Positions 13,103 to 24,581 of a stretch of 32,256 nucleotides of DNA are shown here, piece by piece. Location: the NCBI GenBank assembly GCA_003990765.1, contig RBNJ01000360.1, positions 1 to 32,256 on the forward strand, in the 5' to 3' direction. The position numbers and the translations under genes were made by a program. Numbering within the stretch: position 1 is the first letter of the stretch; every line of letters begins with the position of its first letter. The stretch is from Jimgerdemannia flammicorona (Eukaryota). The notes beneath the pieces are model-generated. The model had not been told where the DNA came from and did no database searches. It saw only the letters and a program-made list of their open reading frames with translations.

Positions 13103-13399
13103 TGATTTCTTCTTCATCATCACTGTCCTCTAGGAGGGCTGGTGGTTCGTCATCTTTCTCCTTCTCTTCTTCCCTGATCTATTTTTCAAGAGCTTTCTGC
13201 CTTCTTTCCTGATAGATCTTCTTGGTTCCGATGGTGCACTGGTAGCAATCATTGACATGCTCTATACAGTACATCTTGATTCCATGAGGACAGACTCCTT
13301 GTAGGGTATAACCTTCTGTGATCTTCTTACACCATTCTTCTTCACTCATCCATCCAACTTTCTTCTTCTTTGGAGTAGTCACCATATAAGCTTCCTCTT

Positions 13400-13810
13400 G
13401 CTCACTCTCTTCTTCCTCCATATCAGGCAGGACTCCTTTGTTGATATTGATGGAAATTCGTATCTTCTGTCCCTGATAGGTGATCTGCATCTTCTGAGCA
13501 TTGAGATCAATTACTGCCTTGGCTTTGTGAAGCCATTGATTGCTGATGAGGATGTCATTGTTGGTGGCATTGGTTACAATTACATCTACTGGGATTGTTG
13601 CTCCTTCAATCTTGATGGGAATATCTCGGATCTTTCCTAGAGATGTGGCTCTTGTGCCATTGGCTGTGACAAACACCAGCTTAGTTGCTTCTTCCACATC
13701 CCAACCTAGGCAGTCCACTGCCTTCTTGCTGAGGAGACATCCTTCTGCTTCTGTATCAATGATGGCTTCAAAGATTCTATCTTCAATTTGGCATGTTGTA
13801 TAAGCAGAGG
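13400..13810 (-). pseudogene. pol: Element 1 retropepsin protease
   Basis: AIIDTEAE (DTGA after G>A), ANG, and DILISNQWL (ILG.xWL motif). Confidence 0.88.
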
Positions 13811-13919
13811 TTTTGCAATTGTCCTCACATTCTTCTTCTGAGTCCTCTTGGACATTATTGGCCTCAGTTATCTTCCATCCTTGTTTCTTAGTTGTTTCAG
13901 CAAGTCCAAACCTCATTTG

Positions 13920-15220
13920 CTGTCTGAATGTTGGGATTTCTGCAAGCTGACCAAAGGTTGCATTGACCTTTTGTTGACTGAGGTCCTTGAAGATATCATA
14001 CTTGAAGGTCTTGGTCTTGCGAAGCTTCTTTTCTTTTTCTCCTTCACTGGCTGAAGTGGTTCCTTAGATGATATCTTGAACTGCTTGCTCTAGCTCTGTA
14101 TCTTGGTCCATCTCTTTGGCTTGGCTTTCTGTGGCAGTTTCCATCCACTTTTCCACTGAGTTCTTCTTAGGTCTTCCTGGTGATTTCTTGTAGGATTCTT
14201 TGCAAACATCCTTCTTAGTAGTCTGAGCAGGATAGGCCTCCTATACCTCTTCTTCAGATTCACCAATTTCTTCAAAGGTGATTGTATTGACCTGTTCCTT
14301 GTTTTATGAAGCATTGCTTGGTTGAGCCTTATGCTTGGTTTCACTCATGCATTCATAGGAGTAGTGGCCTTCTTCTCCGCAGCTGTACCAGATACCTTTC
14401 TTCTTGTCTGAAGTGATGGCAAACTTCTGAACAGGGCAGCAGTCTCTTCCTCGAATTTCCTTTACCACATCTCCCAGGTGGGCAGTCATTTTAGCAAACC
14501 TTTTGGCGAGTTCCTCCATAGGGTCACTGTTCTTTTGCTGCTCTGTAGCTTTTGGCTGAGGTGTGTTTCGATTGATCATTGTGGTAGGGATCACACTAGT
14601 TGCCTTGGGTGCCTCGATTCTGACTCCTGTGACCCTTTCCATTGTATGGTCTTGTGGATGTCTAGCTATCCAGTATTGCTGAGCATAGGTGACCTTCTGT
14701 GGCAGATCCAGAATCACTGGTGATGAGCAGATGGCCATGGCTATTTCTGGATAGACTCCTTTCATGAAGGTTGCTTCAGCTACTTGATCTCGGATAGCAG
14801 CAGCATAATCTACAAGGATTATCTGATATCAAATTCTGGTATAGAATGTGTTTAGATCTTTGCTCATTCCTTGGCATATTGTATTGAGCTAATTCTTCAG
14901 GGCTTACTTGATCTCATCTGTATAATATGTATTTCGGAGCCAGGTCTTCTGTGCTGTCAGTATAGCATTGGCATCATTTCCTGTATGGGTTGCAACTGTG
15001 AATGCTGTTCTGGCAGGACCTCATAGGCTGAAGGGTATGAGGGCTACTTGCTGTGCTGCTGTCAGGGTCCTTACAGTGGCATGCTGCTTGAAATTGTCAA
15101 TGAAGGTGATGATTGATTCGTCTGAGGTATATCCATGGAATACTGGTGGTCTCATATCTATCTTGTCTGGGTATTGGGGCTCGGTTTGTATGGTTGTTCG
15201 GGTAGTGGTGGTTATTCATT
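13920..15220 (-). pseudogene. gag: Element 1 gag
   Basis: RPPVFHG capsid start, FMKGV, and a decayed zinc knuckle WYSCGEEGHYSYEC. Confidence 0.8.
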
Positions 15221-15263
15221 GTTCAGCTTGAAAGTGAGGGATTCATCTTGAATCACCAGCCAA

Positions 15264-15272
15264 TGGGCACCA
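15264..15272 (-). promoter_or_regulatory. Primer-binding site of element 1
   Basis: TGGTGCCCA lies 3 nt inside the 5' LTR. It may be decayed TGGCGCCCA (tRNA-Lys-like), but the tRNA identity is uncertain. Confidence 0.7.
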
Positions 15273-15275
15273 AGT

Positions 15276-15751
15276 TGTAACATAGTGGATGCTTACTCTT
15301 GAAAGTATGTCAGATTTCTGTATCTTGAAAACTTGACTGTTCTGACTCTTACAGAGTCTCTTGAAGTTGCAGGGGAGGGTGGGTGAGTTCGAAGTATATC
15401 TACCTACAGGCTTACTAGTTCCTTTGTTATCTCTTTGCCTTGAACTATTTCGATCTGAGGTTTATTTACTCGAAGATACTGAGTTATTTATATAAGTTTG
15501 CTAGCTATGAGAGGGTGGCTAAGTAATAAATGAGTCATTTGGACTTTGTCAAAATATTTGGACCATGTCTAAATGCTATACTAAATCAGGACATTTAATT
15601 TGAATAATGTCTAAAATTTAGACAATATCTAAGAATTTCGACAATGTTGGAATTGAGGACTGCTAACTATAAGGCTATACTACTTTGGGACTGGGTGTGA
15701 TCAAGTGTCTATTCCCTATTTCCTTCTTCCAAATTTGGCTGTATTGTCACA
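15276..15751 (-). repeat. 5' LTR of element 1
   Basis: TGTAACA...TGTCACA termini, an internal TATA-like motif, and an adjacent PBS. Confidence 0.96.
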
Positions 15752-16240
15752 ATAGATATTCTACAGAAAAACCTCTAATATAGGATAATTATTATATAAT
15801 AAAAAATTATAGTAAATCTTGTTCAATAGAATAATATTAGATCAGTCATATATTTTTTAATAAGAGAAATCTATACAAAAGATAACATATTATAGCTATA
15901 TAATAGAATTATACTTTCAAATACATTTCTATAGTCTTCTATTAATCTAATAATCTGACGGTCTCTGAGACAGATTATAATTTTAATACTCATTTATACT
16001 TTATATTGCCCAATCTATATTGAGTATAATTAGATAAAGATTTTATATAATATATTATTAAATAGATAATATCTATTTTTAATTCTCAAAATAAATTTAT
16101 TATTATATATATATATTTTCTTTTTACTTATCTTATATATTTTTACTTATTTAATATATAAAATAACTAATAAGAATGATTTAATCTTTTTTAACATTCA
16201 TACTATATATACTTTTCAATATACTTCTAAATAGTTTTTT

Positions 16241-17087
16241 GGAGAAAGGTAATAGCAATATAGTGATTAACAAGTAATCTGACAAGTATGCTAAATCAGA
16301 TAGACTTGGGACCTTTGACTAGCAATATATTGAATAAGAATATAGTATAGAGATGGGGTCTTTTGGTAGTAAGAGTAGATAGAAAGAGTAAAGTAAGAGT
16401 CAGCTGCTAGATAGGAGTGGAGGAGAGCAGGGACTGATGAGTTTTGCTATAAAGATAAAGACAGAGAGTTGACCTGGAGATACTTAGGACAGTAGAGCTG
16501 AAGAGAGGAAGATGGTGAGTACTGGGAGAGCTGGTAGATTATTGGCTAGTAGGGCTAGTATAGAGACTAGTAGGGCTGTGGCTTGAAGCAGGGGTAGGAC
16601 TACTAATAGTGATATAACTAGAGATCTGAAAAAAAAATCTATATGTAACTACTGATAGCAGGGCTAAACAGAAGAGATATAGAGAGAAGAGAGATCTGGT
16701 AGATAGTATAATAGGTCTAGTAGTGACTTCATTACTCAAGAAGTTGATCTTAGAGTTTATAGTTATGTTGTACTTTCAGAAGCTAGTAGTGATAGCTAAG
16801 ATAGTTCTGAGACTAATCTCAAAGCAGATAGAACAGCTTTAGTAAAGTTCTTGTAGGGGCTGAAGGAGATTAAGATGAGCTTTGAGAAGGCAGGGCTATT
16901 AGAGGAGATCTTGAAGACTGAGTTGACAATTGGAGAGATAGTGGTACTGATAGTATAATACTTAAGATAGGACCCTAGAGTGGTTTAGCTCCTAGTGAAA
17001 GAGATACTCATGATAATAATAGTTAAGACAAAGCAGAGGATAGAGGAAGTAATAATAGAATATAGTAATATAGTAGATATTGGATTC
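16241..17087 (+). mobile_element. Probable 5' part (UTR/ORF1) of a degenerate L1-like LINE
   Basis: Same G/A-rich strand bias as 24838-26340. The frame from 16860 reads ...DPRVV*LLVKEIL...RIEEVIIEYSNIVDIGF, resembling a LINE ORF1 RRM. Confidence 0.5.
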
Positions 17088-17424
17088 TATACATTCTCCT
17101 AAGTCTTAGTAATGACATCTAAGTAACTCCAAAAGTCTAGCTAACTTCTGCCAGAACTGACTCTGATATATAAATCAAAAAGACTTAAGTAAACCCACTT
17201 ATTGAACCTGAATTCCAAGGTGGATTTAGTCTGTGTACAGCAGAGAATAAGTTCCTTATAACTATAGTTAATAAAAAGGATACTAGTACTATAACTACTT
17301 TCAAGTGAGTGCTTTCTCACACTGAAGACTTCTTGGTACACATTGTGTACTAAGTCTCTAAGTAATACCTTGTTTTCCTAATTATTTAAAGGATAAGAGA
17401 GGGATAGAAATAAGAGTTATTATA
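17088..17424 (+). repeat. Element 2 partial 5' LTR (R/U5 side), followed by an 8-nt PBS T[G>A]GTAGCA at 17428-17435
   Basis: Reverse complement of 20396-20752; the spurious ORFs 17141-17341(-) and 20479-20679(+) are near-identical. Confidence 0.9.
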
Positions 17425-18084
17425 ACTTAGTAGCAACAGAATTACCAAGCCAAGAAGGTATCAAGAATATACTTCTGAGAAGTTAAAACAAGACCAATCT
17501 GAACAGGAGTAACCCCCAGAACTAACTGTAGATTCTCTAGAAACCAATCTCCAAACCAGAGTCAGATAAGCTATTGTCATTAAGACTAGATAGTATTAGA
17601 AAACTACTGATCCAGAAATCCACCAGCTAGTAATTGACCAGATATACAGAGATCTATATGAGGTCTTTAGGACTTTCCACTCAGATCTTAGAAATATAGT
17701 TAGCTGCTGTAGATTCTACATACTTCTTCATAACTACCTTGGAATCACTAGGATCTAAGAATCTACTGCTGCAACTATCTAGGAATTTCTAGACTATATC
17801 TTATTCTCTGTAGCAAGAGAAGCAGCTGCTGAGTGAATTGCATCTAATAAATACCACTATACTCCTACCAGGACCTCTCTCTAATATAGACTAGTTGTTT
17901 ACTATACCTCAGTTATAATAAGATATAAGAACAAGTAAGCTGGCCACTCATCCCCTACTGCTGATCAAGAAGCAGGCCCATCTATCTAGCCAGAATCTAA
18001 TATCCCTTTTGAAGGACCTAGTCAATATGAGAATACACTATCTCATCAGAGAAGGGAGTCAGATAAAGACTCTACAGGATACTA

Positions 18085-20374
18085 GTGCTCAAGGATATAT
18101 TGAACCCAGCCATTTCCCATTTAGAGCTCCTATTCTGTTTGTCAAGAAGAAGGATGGCTCTCTGTAAATATATATTGACTATAAAGCTCTCAACAAGATC
18201 ACTATTTAGAACCAGTATGCCTTATTTAGGATTGATGAGTTGTTATACCAGATCTTCAAGGCTAAGACCTTTTCTCTACTAAACTGCAAAATGGTTATTA
18301 CCAGATTCTCATTGATGAGAAGGATATTGAGAAGACAGCTTTCTGAATACAGTTTGGATACTACTAGTTTTGAGTCATGCCTTTTGGTTTGACTAATATA
18401 CCAGTGATATTCTAGTATCTGATGAATGATATCTTTGAACCACTGCTCAAAATTTGTATTCTTGTGTATATTAATAATATACTAATATATAGTAAAACAG
18501 TAGAGCTACACTATATCTATCTCAGGCAGATACTGACCTTTCTGTGAGAATATCAGCTCTATGCCAAGATGAGTAAGTATAAGATCAGATTGAGTAACTA
18601 AGATATATCATCTCTGCTGAAGGTATCAATGTAGATCTCCAAAAGGTATCAGCTCTTAAGGATATTCCTATCCCCACTACCCTCAAGCTACTCTAGTACT
18701 TTCTGGATATTACAGATTACTACCAAAGATTTATCTAAGAATACTTTACTATTACAGCCCCCCTGATCAGCCTGATCTATAAAGGAGTGAAAATCAAAAC
18801 CAAATAGACTCTTGAGTATACTCAGACCATGGACTACCTCAAAAAACTCCTTACTGAGGCTCCAGTGCTAATTACATCTGATTCTACCAGAATATTCACT
18901 TTGATCACAGCTGCCTCTGATATTGCTATTGGGGTAGTACTCAGTCAAAAAGATCATTTAGTGGCCTATCTTTTCCAAAAGCTCAAGCTAGCTGAGATCT
19001 AATATACTATCCATGAGAAGGAACTTCTGACCATTGTCACTGTACTCTAGGAATAGTGCTATTTTCTCTTAGGACAACTATTTATAGCCTATATTGATTA
19101 TCATACTCTATAGTATATTCAAATACAGCTTATGCTAACTCACAAATAAGCCTATTGGATGGAAATTATTACTAACTTTGATATGGTTATCAAGTATATC
19201 TCAGACAAAATCAACTGTATAGCTGATGGTTTCTCTAGATATATAGAAGATGAACTTATCTTCATGGTTGAGATAATTGGAGACCTTACTCAGATAATCA
19301 AGAATGACTACTAATAAGACAGCCCCCTGGTAAAATTCCTTCAATTCTGCTAAGACCCAGAGGTTGAGATCCCAGAATCTATGAGGCAAATGTCCAAAAT
19401 ATTCACTTACCATGATAGACCTATCTATAGAGATTATGACAGAGTGATTGTACCCAATAATAATACTCTGCAGCTCAAGGTCATATAGGAACTCTATGAC
19501 ACTTCTGTAGTAGAACATTTTGACTTTAAAATGACTTACAATCTCCTCTCAAGAGAGTTCTACTGGCCAAAGATGACTAAGGATATCAAAGATTTCGTAA
19601 CTTTATATAAGATGTACCAAAGATTCAAAAGTGATAACTAGCTATCAGCAGGACTTCTGCAACTCCTGCCTATCTCTAGCTATAACTGGGATCAGATTTC
19701 TATAGACTTCATTGTCTAGCTCCCCAAGACCAAGGCAGGATGGGATGCTGTTGTAGTATTTGTAGATTATCTAAGCAAATAAGCCTATTTTGCACCCACT
19801 AAGACCACTGCTACAGTACCAGAGATTGCTGAGATTTTCCTCAACTAAGTATTCAGACTATATGATATATCTAGTATCATTGTATCTGATCAGGATGCCA
19901 AGTTTATAAGCAACTTCTGAAAGGCATTCTTCTCTCTCTATAGAATCAAGCTGAAGCTCTTTACTGTCTACCACTCTCAGAATGATGACCAGATCAAACA
20001 AACCAATAGAACTCTCAAGCAGATGCTCAGCATCTTCTGCTGTTATAAGCAGAATGATTGGGACAAATATCTAGCCCATACTGAGTTTGCCTATAATAAT
20101 AGCTAGCAAACCTCTATAAAGAAGACTTTATTCTTCCTGAACTATGGTCAATATCCAAGGACCCCAAGTACTACTATAAAATCAGCAGTCTCAGTAGCCC
20201 AAGATCTGGCCAAGACTATTTCTGATCTTATTCAAATGATAAGAGATATTCTTATTAAAGCACAGAACTATCAGACCAAGTATGCAAACTTGAAGCAAAG
20301 AGAAACCTCTTACAATATTGGTGATATAGTCATTCTTAGAACAGACTATCACTATCCAAACACTCTGGTATAGT
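18085..20374 (+). pseudogene. pol: Element 2 pol (RT, RNase H, integrase to just before the GPY module); most of gag and PR deleted upstream
   Basis: APILFVKKKDGSL..IDYKALNK; MPFGLTN; YINNILIYS (YIDD after G>A, 18467); HEKELL; FYWPKM; WDQISIDFIV; VSDQDAKF. Many transition stops. Confidence 0.93.
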
Positions 20375-20392
20375 AACTATCCACTGCTACTA
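20375..20392 (+). other. 18-nt copy of a tRNA-iMet-like 3' end abutting the inverted LTR
   Basis: AACTATCCACTGCTACTA versus the human tRNA-iMet 3' end AACCATCCTCTGCTACCA (recalled from memory): 15/18 match, with two mismatches of CpA>TpA type. Confidence 0.7.
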
Positions 20393-20395
20393 AAT

Positions 20396-21163
20396 TGTAA
20401 TAACTCTTATTTCTATTTCTCTCTTATTCTTTAGATAATTAAAGAAATAAGATATTATCTAGAGACTTAGTATACAATGTGTACCAAGAAGTCTTTAGTA
20501 TGAAGAAGTGCTCACTTAAAAGTAGTTATAGTGACAGTACCCTTCTTATCAACTATAGTTGTAAGAAACTTGTTCTTTGCTGTACACAGACTGAATTTGA
20601 ATTAAAATTTATATTCAATAAGTGGAATTACTTAAGTCTTTTTGATTTATATACTAGTCTCAGTTCTGATAGAAGTTAGCTAAGCTTCTGGAGTTTAGTC
20701 AGAAATACTAGAGTCACTTAGATATCATTACTAAGACTCAGAGGAATGTATGTATATAGAGGATGACTTAATTTTTATATTAAGGACTGAACTAAAACTA
20801 TCTTTATTTCAGATAGAAACTGGGGGGTATTTTATATAAGTTGGTTCATAATTTCTAACTAAATATAAGTGACTAATTTGGTAACTATGGTAAGATTTAT
20901 GATCATGACCTTTATTAGATAATTTGTAATTAAGAATACTTTGTAATCAGGATCTCTATTATTAGGCAATGATCAGCTACTGCAGTACTGATTGTTGTAG
21001 AACCAATTATTGGAAATAAGCTAGATATTATTTATTTATATTATTTATATCATTTATTAGATTTGTCATTCATATATTATATATTACTAATAGTGATATA
21101 ATTATTAGATTATATGATTACTTATTATATATTGTATCTTGTCTATTCATTTGTTCATTCTAT
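20396..21163 (-). repeat. Element 2 near-complete 3' LTR (inverted)
   Basis: One end matches 17088-17424 (inverted) and the other matches 24671-24837 (direct). TATATAAAA on the minus strand at ~20830. A purine tract is adjacent at ~21164. Confidence 0.85.
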
Positions 21164-21168
21164 TCTCC

Positions 21169-21471
21169 TTAAAAGTCAATGTTCTTGTTGATTTGAAAAT
21201 TGAGAACTAGGGAAGAAGAGGGTAGGAAATTCTCCTCATCTAACTCAGTATTGTTGCCATCTCTATCAGAGATTGGGAGGGTAGTTGCTGATGGCTTAGT
21301 ATCAAAGATGAAAAAATCAATAAGGTCCACAAATAGTTCTTGAGCACCTAGTATGAGAGTTCTCTATCTAATATAGTTGGGCCATCCAGATAAGGGACTT
21401 GTAGATCATATCTGAGAATATTTATTTAGATAGACAGTCCTTCAAAGAGATGAGAAAGACCTTGAAGCCAT
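21169..21471 (-). pseudogene. Element 2 accessory ORF C (~100 aa)
   Basis: The ATG overlaps the ORF B stop (TAATG). Three internal transition-type stops. Ends at the purine tract. Confidence 0.45.
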
Positions 21472-22043
21472 TAGTCTGAATTATTATTCAGAAGGGGGCT
21501 CCAGTAGGGCTCGCAGTCAGTGGACTTGAGTGTGATCCAGAAGTGGGCTTCTTGAGTGACCTTGATCTTTAGTTCATTAACCTTGGAGAAGAAGAGGTTC
21601 TGGAAGTCCTTCAGTTATATATAGTTGAGATTGGAGATTACAAAAGATATATAGTATATAATTTGATAGACCTTCTTAGTTATTCTATACTCATGCTTGT
21701 TCAAGTTGGTCTAGTCTGAGACCTGGTCCATAGGTAGGCCTTTTATATATTGAAAAGGTTGATGGCCAATTTTATATTCATATCAGATTTCTAGGTAGCT
21801 GGTAGTAAGGTAGGCTCTTTTGATAACTTCATAGTAGTTGAGGACATAATGTCCTAAATCTTAGCTAGTGAGATTAAGAGTCTCAGAGCAGTAGTTTCTT
21901 TCTTGAATAGTAATCTGGATATATCCAAAGAGGTAGTCAACCTGAATTGAAAGGGGCTGACTATGGTGGGCTGTTTGGCAGTAGATAGTAAGTATTCTTT
22001 TCTTATCTTTTCTTTAGTAAGAGAAGAGGGGGATGGAGGTCAT
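21471..22043 (-). pseudogene. Element 2 accessory ORF B (~190 aa), apparent homolog of element 1 ORF3
   Basis: A single frame of 191 codons with five transition-type internal stops. Motif similarity to ORF3 (RAY..E..YKIG; I.KKVYQI; I..L....KDF). Confidence 0.6.
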
Positions 22044-22297
22044 AGTGTATTTCTGACCTGGATATTTATACTTGTTTATCTATCTGGTGTAACTCTATTT
22101 TGATCACCTGACTAGAGAAATATATGACCTATTGCTATAAGCAGGGCATATACTAGTCATATAAGAAAATACTAATTTTAAAGGTATTATCACATTGTAG
22201 TTATAGTTACACAGAGTTGACAAATCTTGGACCTTTTTTCTTGGTATATTTGTAAGAACTGACTATTCTTATCTAGGGTGAGAGCTCTCATTATCAT
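22040..22297 (-). pseudogene. Element 2 accessory ORF A (~85 aa)
   Basis: ATGA overlaps at both ends, in frame with each other. Contains CQLC and a hydrophobic stretch. Many internal stops. Confidence 0.35.
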
Positions 22298-22961
22298 GGC
22301 TGGGGGTTCAAACCTCTCAAAAATAGTATTTCTTATAATCTGAGATAATTTCTAGAAATAATATCTATTATGTGGATAGACTTAAGATTGGTTCTAATAT
22401 TGTTGGCTTTCTTGAGTTCTATATGAAACATCTGTCACTCTCTAATATAGATGATACAGATGGTATGAATAGAGTTATTCAAATGTATTTTGCTATACCT
22501 TGCTAAGTTATTCTTTATCTGAATATCCTCTTGTTGATTAATTATAGTGTTTCTTTTCTTGTAATATTCAGTATTATATATCCCAGATAAATATATGGTA
22601 TCCTTTTCATTTGCTATATACTCTAGATTTTAGAGCTATAGTTTCTTCCTTTGCTAGGGAGTAAGTATTTCCATATAGTCCTAAAGAACTTTATAGACAT
22701 TCTCCAGTACTTCTTCTTTTTTCCAGGTAGCATCATAGGTAGAGTAACCTTTCTACTTGATAAGGAAAAACCACTTGACTGTTTTGGTATATTTGTGGAT
22801 CTTGTGGTCAAGTACTTTCTTGATTTCAAATTCCTCATAATCATTAATCCCAATTAGAAGTAGTGATGGAACTATATGCTTGGAGAATAAGTTCACATAG
22901 TAGTCCACCAGTTGACTGATATGGAATACTGAGTATACTTGAATATTATAGGGAAGTTGTA

Positions 22962-24242
22962 TAGTGACTTCCAAAACCAGTCCAATGTTTTATTATTTTT
23001 TACTTTTTATTATTTTAAAAATAGAAAAAAAAAAATTGAAAAAATATAAAACTAAAGTATATTGTAGTCCTATATTAGAAGTTTCCATAGATCATAATTT
23101 TGTCATATTTGGTATTATTTTTGCTATTGAAAATAATTTTTAAAAAAGTCCACACATTGGATCAGTTTTGGAATAACCTCCTCAAAAAATACTAAATATA
23201 TACTGATTAATACTTTACATAGCCTCCCTTTGTCTTATACATCATGCCAACATACTTTGATATACCATCAATTAAATCCTTATATACTTGGCTGGGAATT
23301 ACATTCCATTCTTCTTCTATATATTTCCAAAGCTCATATATGCCCTTCAGCAGTTTCTTATATAGATTGAGCTGTCTTTTGAGATGTACCCACAGGTGCT
23401 CAATTGGGCTTAGGTCCAGAGACTGTGCTGGCCAGTCTAAAAGTCAAACATAGTTATTCTTGAACTATTTCATCACCATATACAATGTATGCTTTAAGTT
23501 ATTGTCCTATTGAAATATTAGTTATTTTCAATTGATCTTGAAATACTTAATCAATTTCTTTAATTCATTATTAAGAATACTTTAGTAAAGCTTGGCATTT
23601 ATTTTTCCTTTGATCTTGTATATATACCCAGTGCCGCAGTAATTTATATAGCCCTAAACCATAATATAACTACCCCTAAACTTTAAAATTAGTATTACAT
23701 AATTTACTGTCAATAGTTTGCCTTGGTATTTCCATACTCATTGTCAACTGTCAGATCCAAAACAGTTGATTTTGGTCTCATCAAAGAATATAACCTGCTT
23801 CTAATTGTCAACTGTCTACTCTTTATACTTGCATATGAATTCATATCAAGCTTTTATATACCAGCAGAAGAGTAGGAGTTTCTTTTATTTTACAGTAGCC
23901 TTCAAACTGGCTTCCTTCAGGGTACAACATACTGTTTGGGTACTGGCTTTTACTTGGCCATCTTCTTGGAGTAGTTTTGTAATCTTGGGGGCTATATTGG
24001 TATTACCACTAGTTACCTGGCAAATAATCCATGATTTGTCACAATCTGAGAGTATTTTTGGATGACTTTCTTTCAATGACATAATAGAGCAATGCTCCTT
24101 TTTAATATGGATTATAGTTGTCTTGCTAACACCAGTCTGTTTGGCAATTTGACATATCATTATATCTGAGTTTAGCAGAACAATGATATTTTTTTGAGTA
24201 TCCAATGAAATTTTTCTCATTTATTTTTTTAAAAAAAAAAAA

Positions 24243-24278
<36 letters not shown>

Positions 24279-24581
24279 AGCATGTGGAGAGGGGTTAAGA
24301 GAATAATCATGCAAAATTTCTAGCTTATATAGTGATTTTTTGATGGTCTGTAACACAAAAATATATTTATTGAGATAGTCGTTCTAAAACTGGTCCAATG
24401 TGCAGACTTTTTTAAAAATTATTTTCAATAGCAAAAACAATACCAAATATAACAAAATTATTATCTATAGAAACTTCTGATATAGGGCTACAATATACTT
24501 TAGTTTCATATTTTTTCTCTATTTTTAAAATAATAAAAAGTAAAAAATAATGAAACATTGGACCAGTTTTGGAAGTCACTG
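22962..24581 (-). mobile_element. Tc1-family (DD34E) DNA transposon, 1620 bp, ~220-bp TIRs, TA TSD
   Basis: TA|[C>T]AGTGACTTCCAAAAC ... GTTTTGGAAGTCACTG|TA. TIRs at 22962-23185 and 24370-24581. Excision restores integrase YKLQLP. Confidence 0.96.
23207..24220 (-). pseudogene. Tc1 transposase (338 codons, in frame, many transition stops)
   Basis: HTH (QIAKQTGVSKTTI), VIFFDETKIN, FQ*DNNLKH, WPAQSLDLSPIEHLW, KGGYVKY*. Confidence 0.95.

Larger units (their letters stand above)
7817..15751 (-). mobile_element. Element 1: full-length degenerate Ty3/Gypsy LTR retrotransposon (gag-PR-dUTPase-RT-RH-IN-ORF3)
   Basis: Two 476-bp direct LTRs, ATAG TSD (7813-7816 and 15752-15755), PBS, purine tract at 8293-8300, and Gypsy domain order. 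Confidence 0.97.

Noticed and set aside
9231..15231. Plus-strand ORFs over element 1, and alternative-frame ORFs over the protease gene
   Set aside because: They are shadow ORFs of real coding frames.
17141..20679. Two near-identical 66-aa ORFs (MYQEVFS...) on opposite strands
   Set aside because: They are antisense translations of the inverted LTR copies, not genes.
17088..20752. RT flanked by inverted repeats, suggesting a DIRS element
   Set aside because: A DDE integrase, PBS and chromodomain are present and no tyrosine recombinase is seen; a rearranged Gypsy element explains it.
24231..24276. Long A tract inside the Tc1 element
   Set aside because: No TSD or inserted body; best read as an expanded homopolymer upstream of the transposase ATG.
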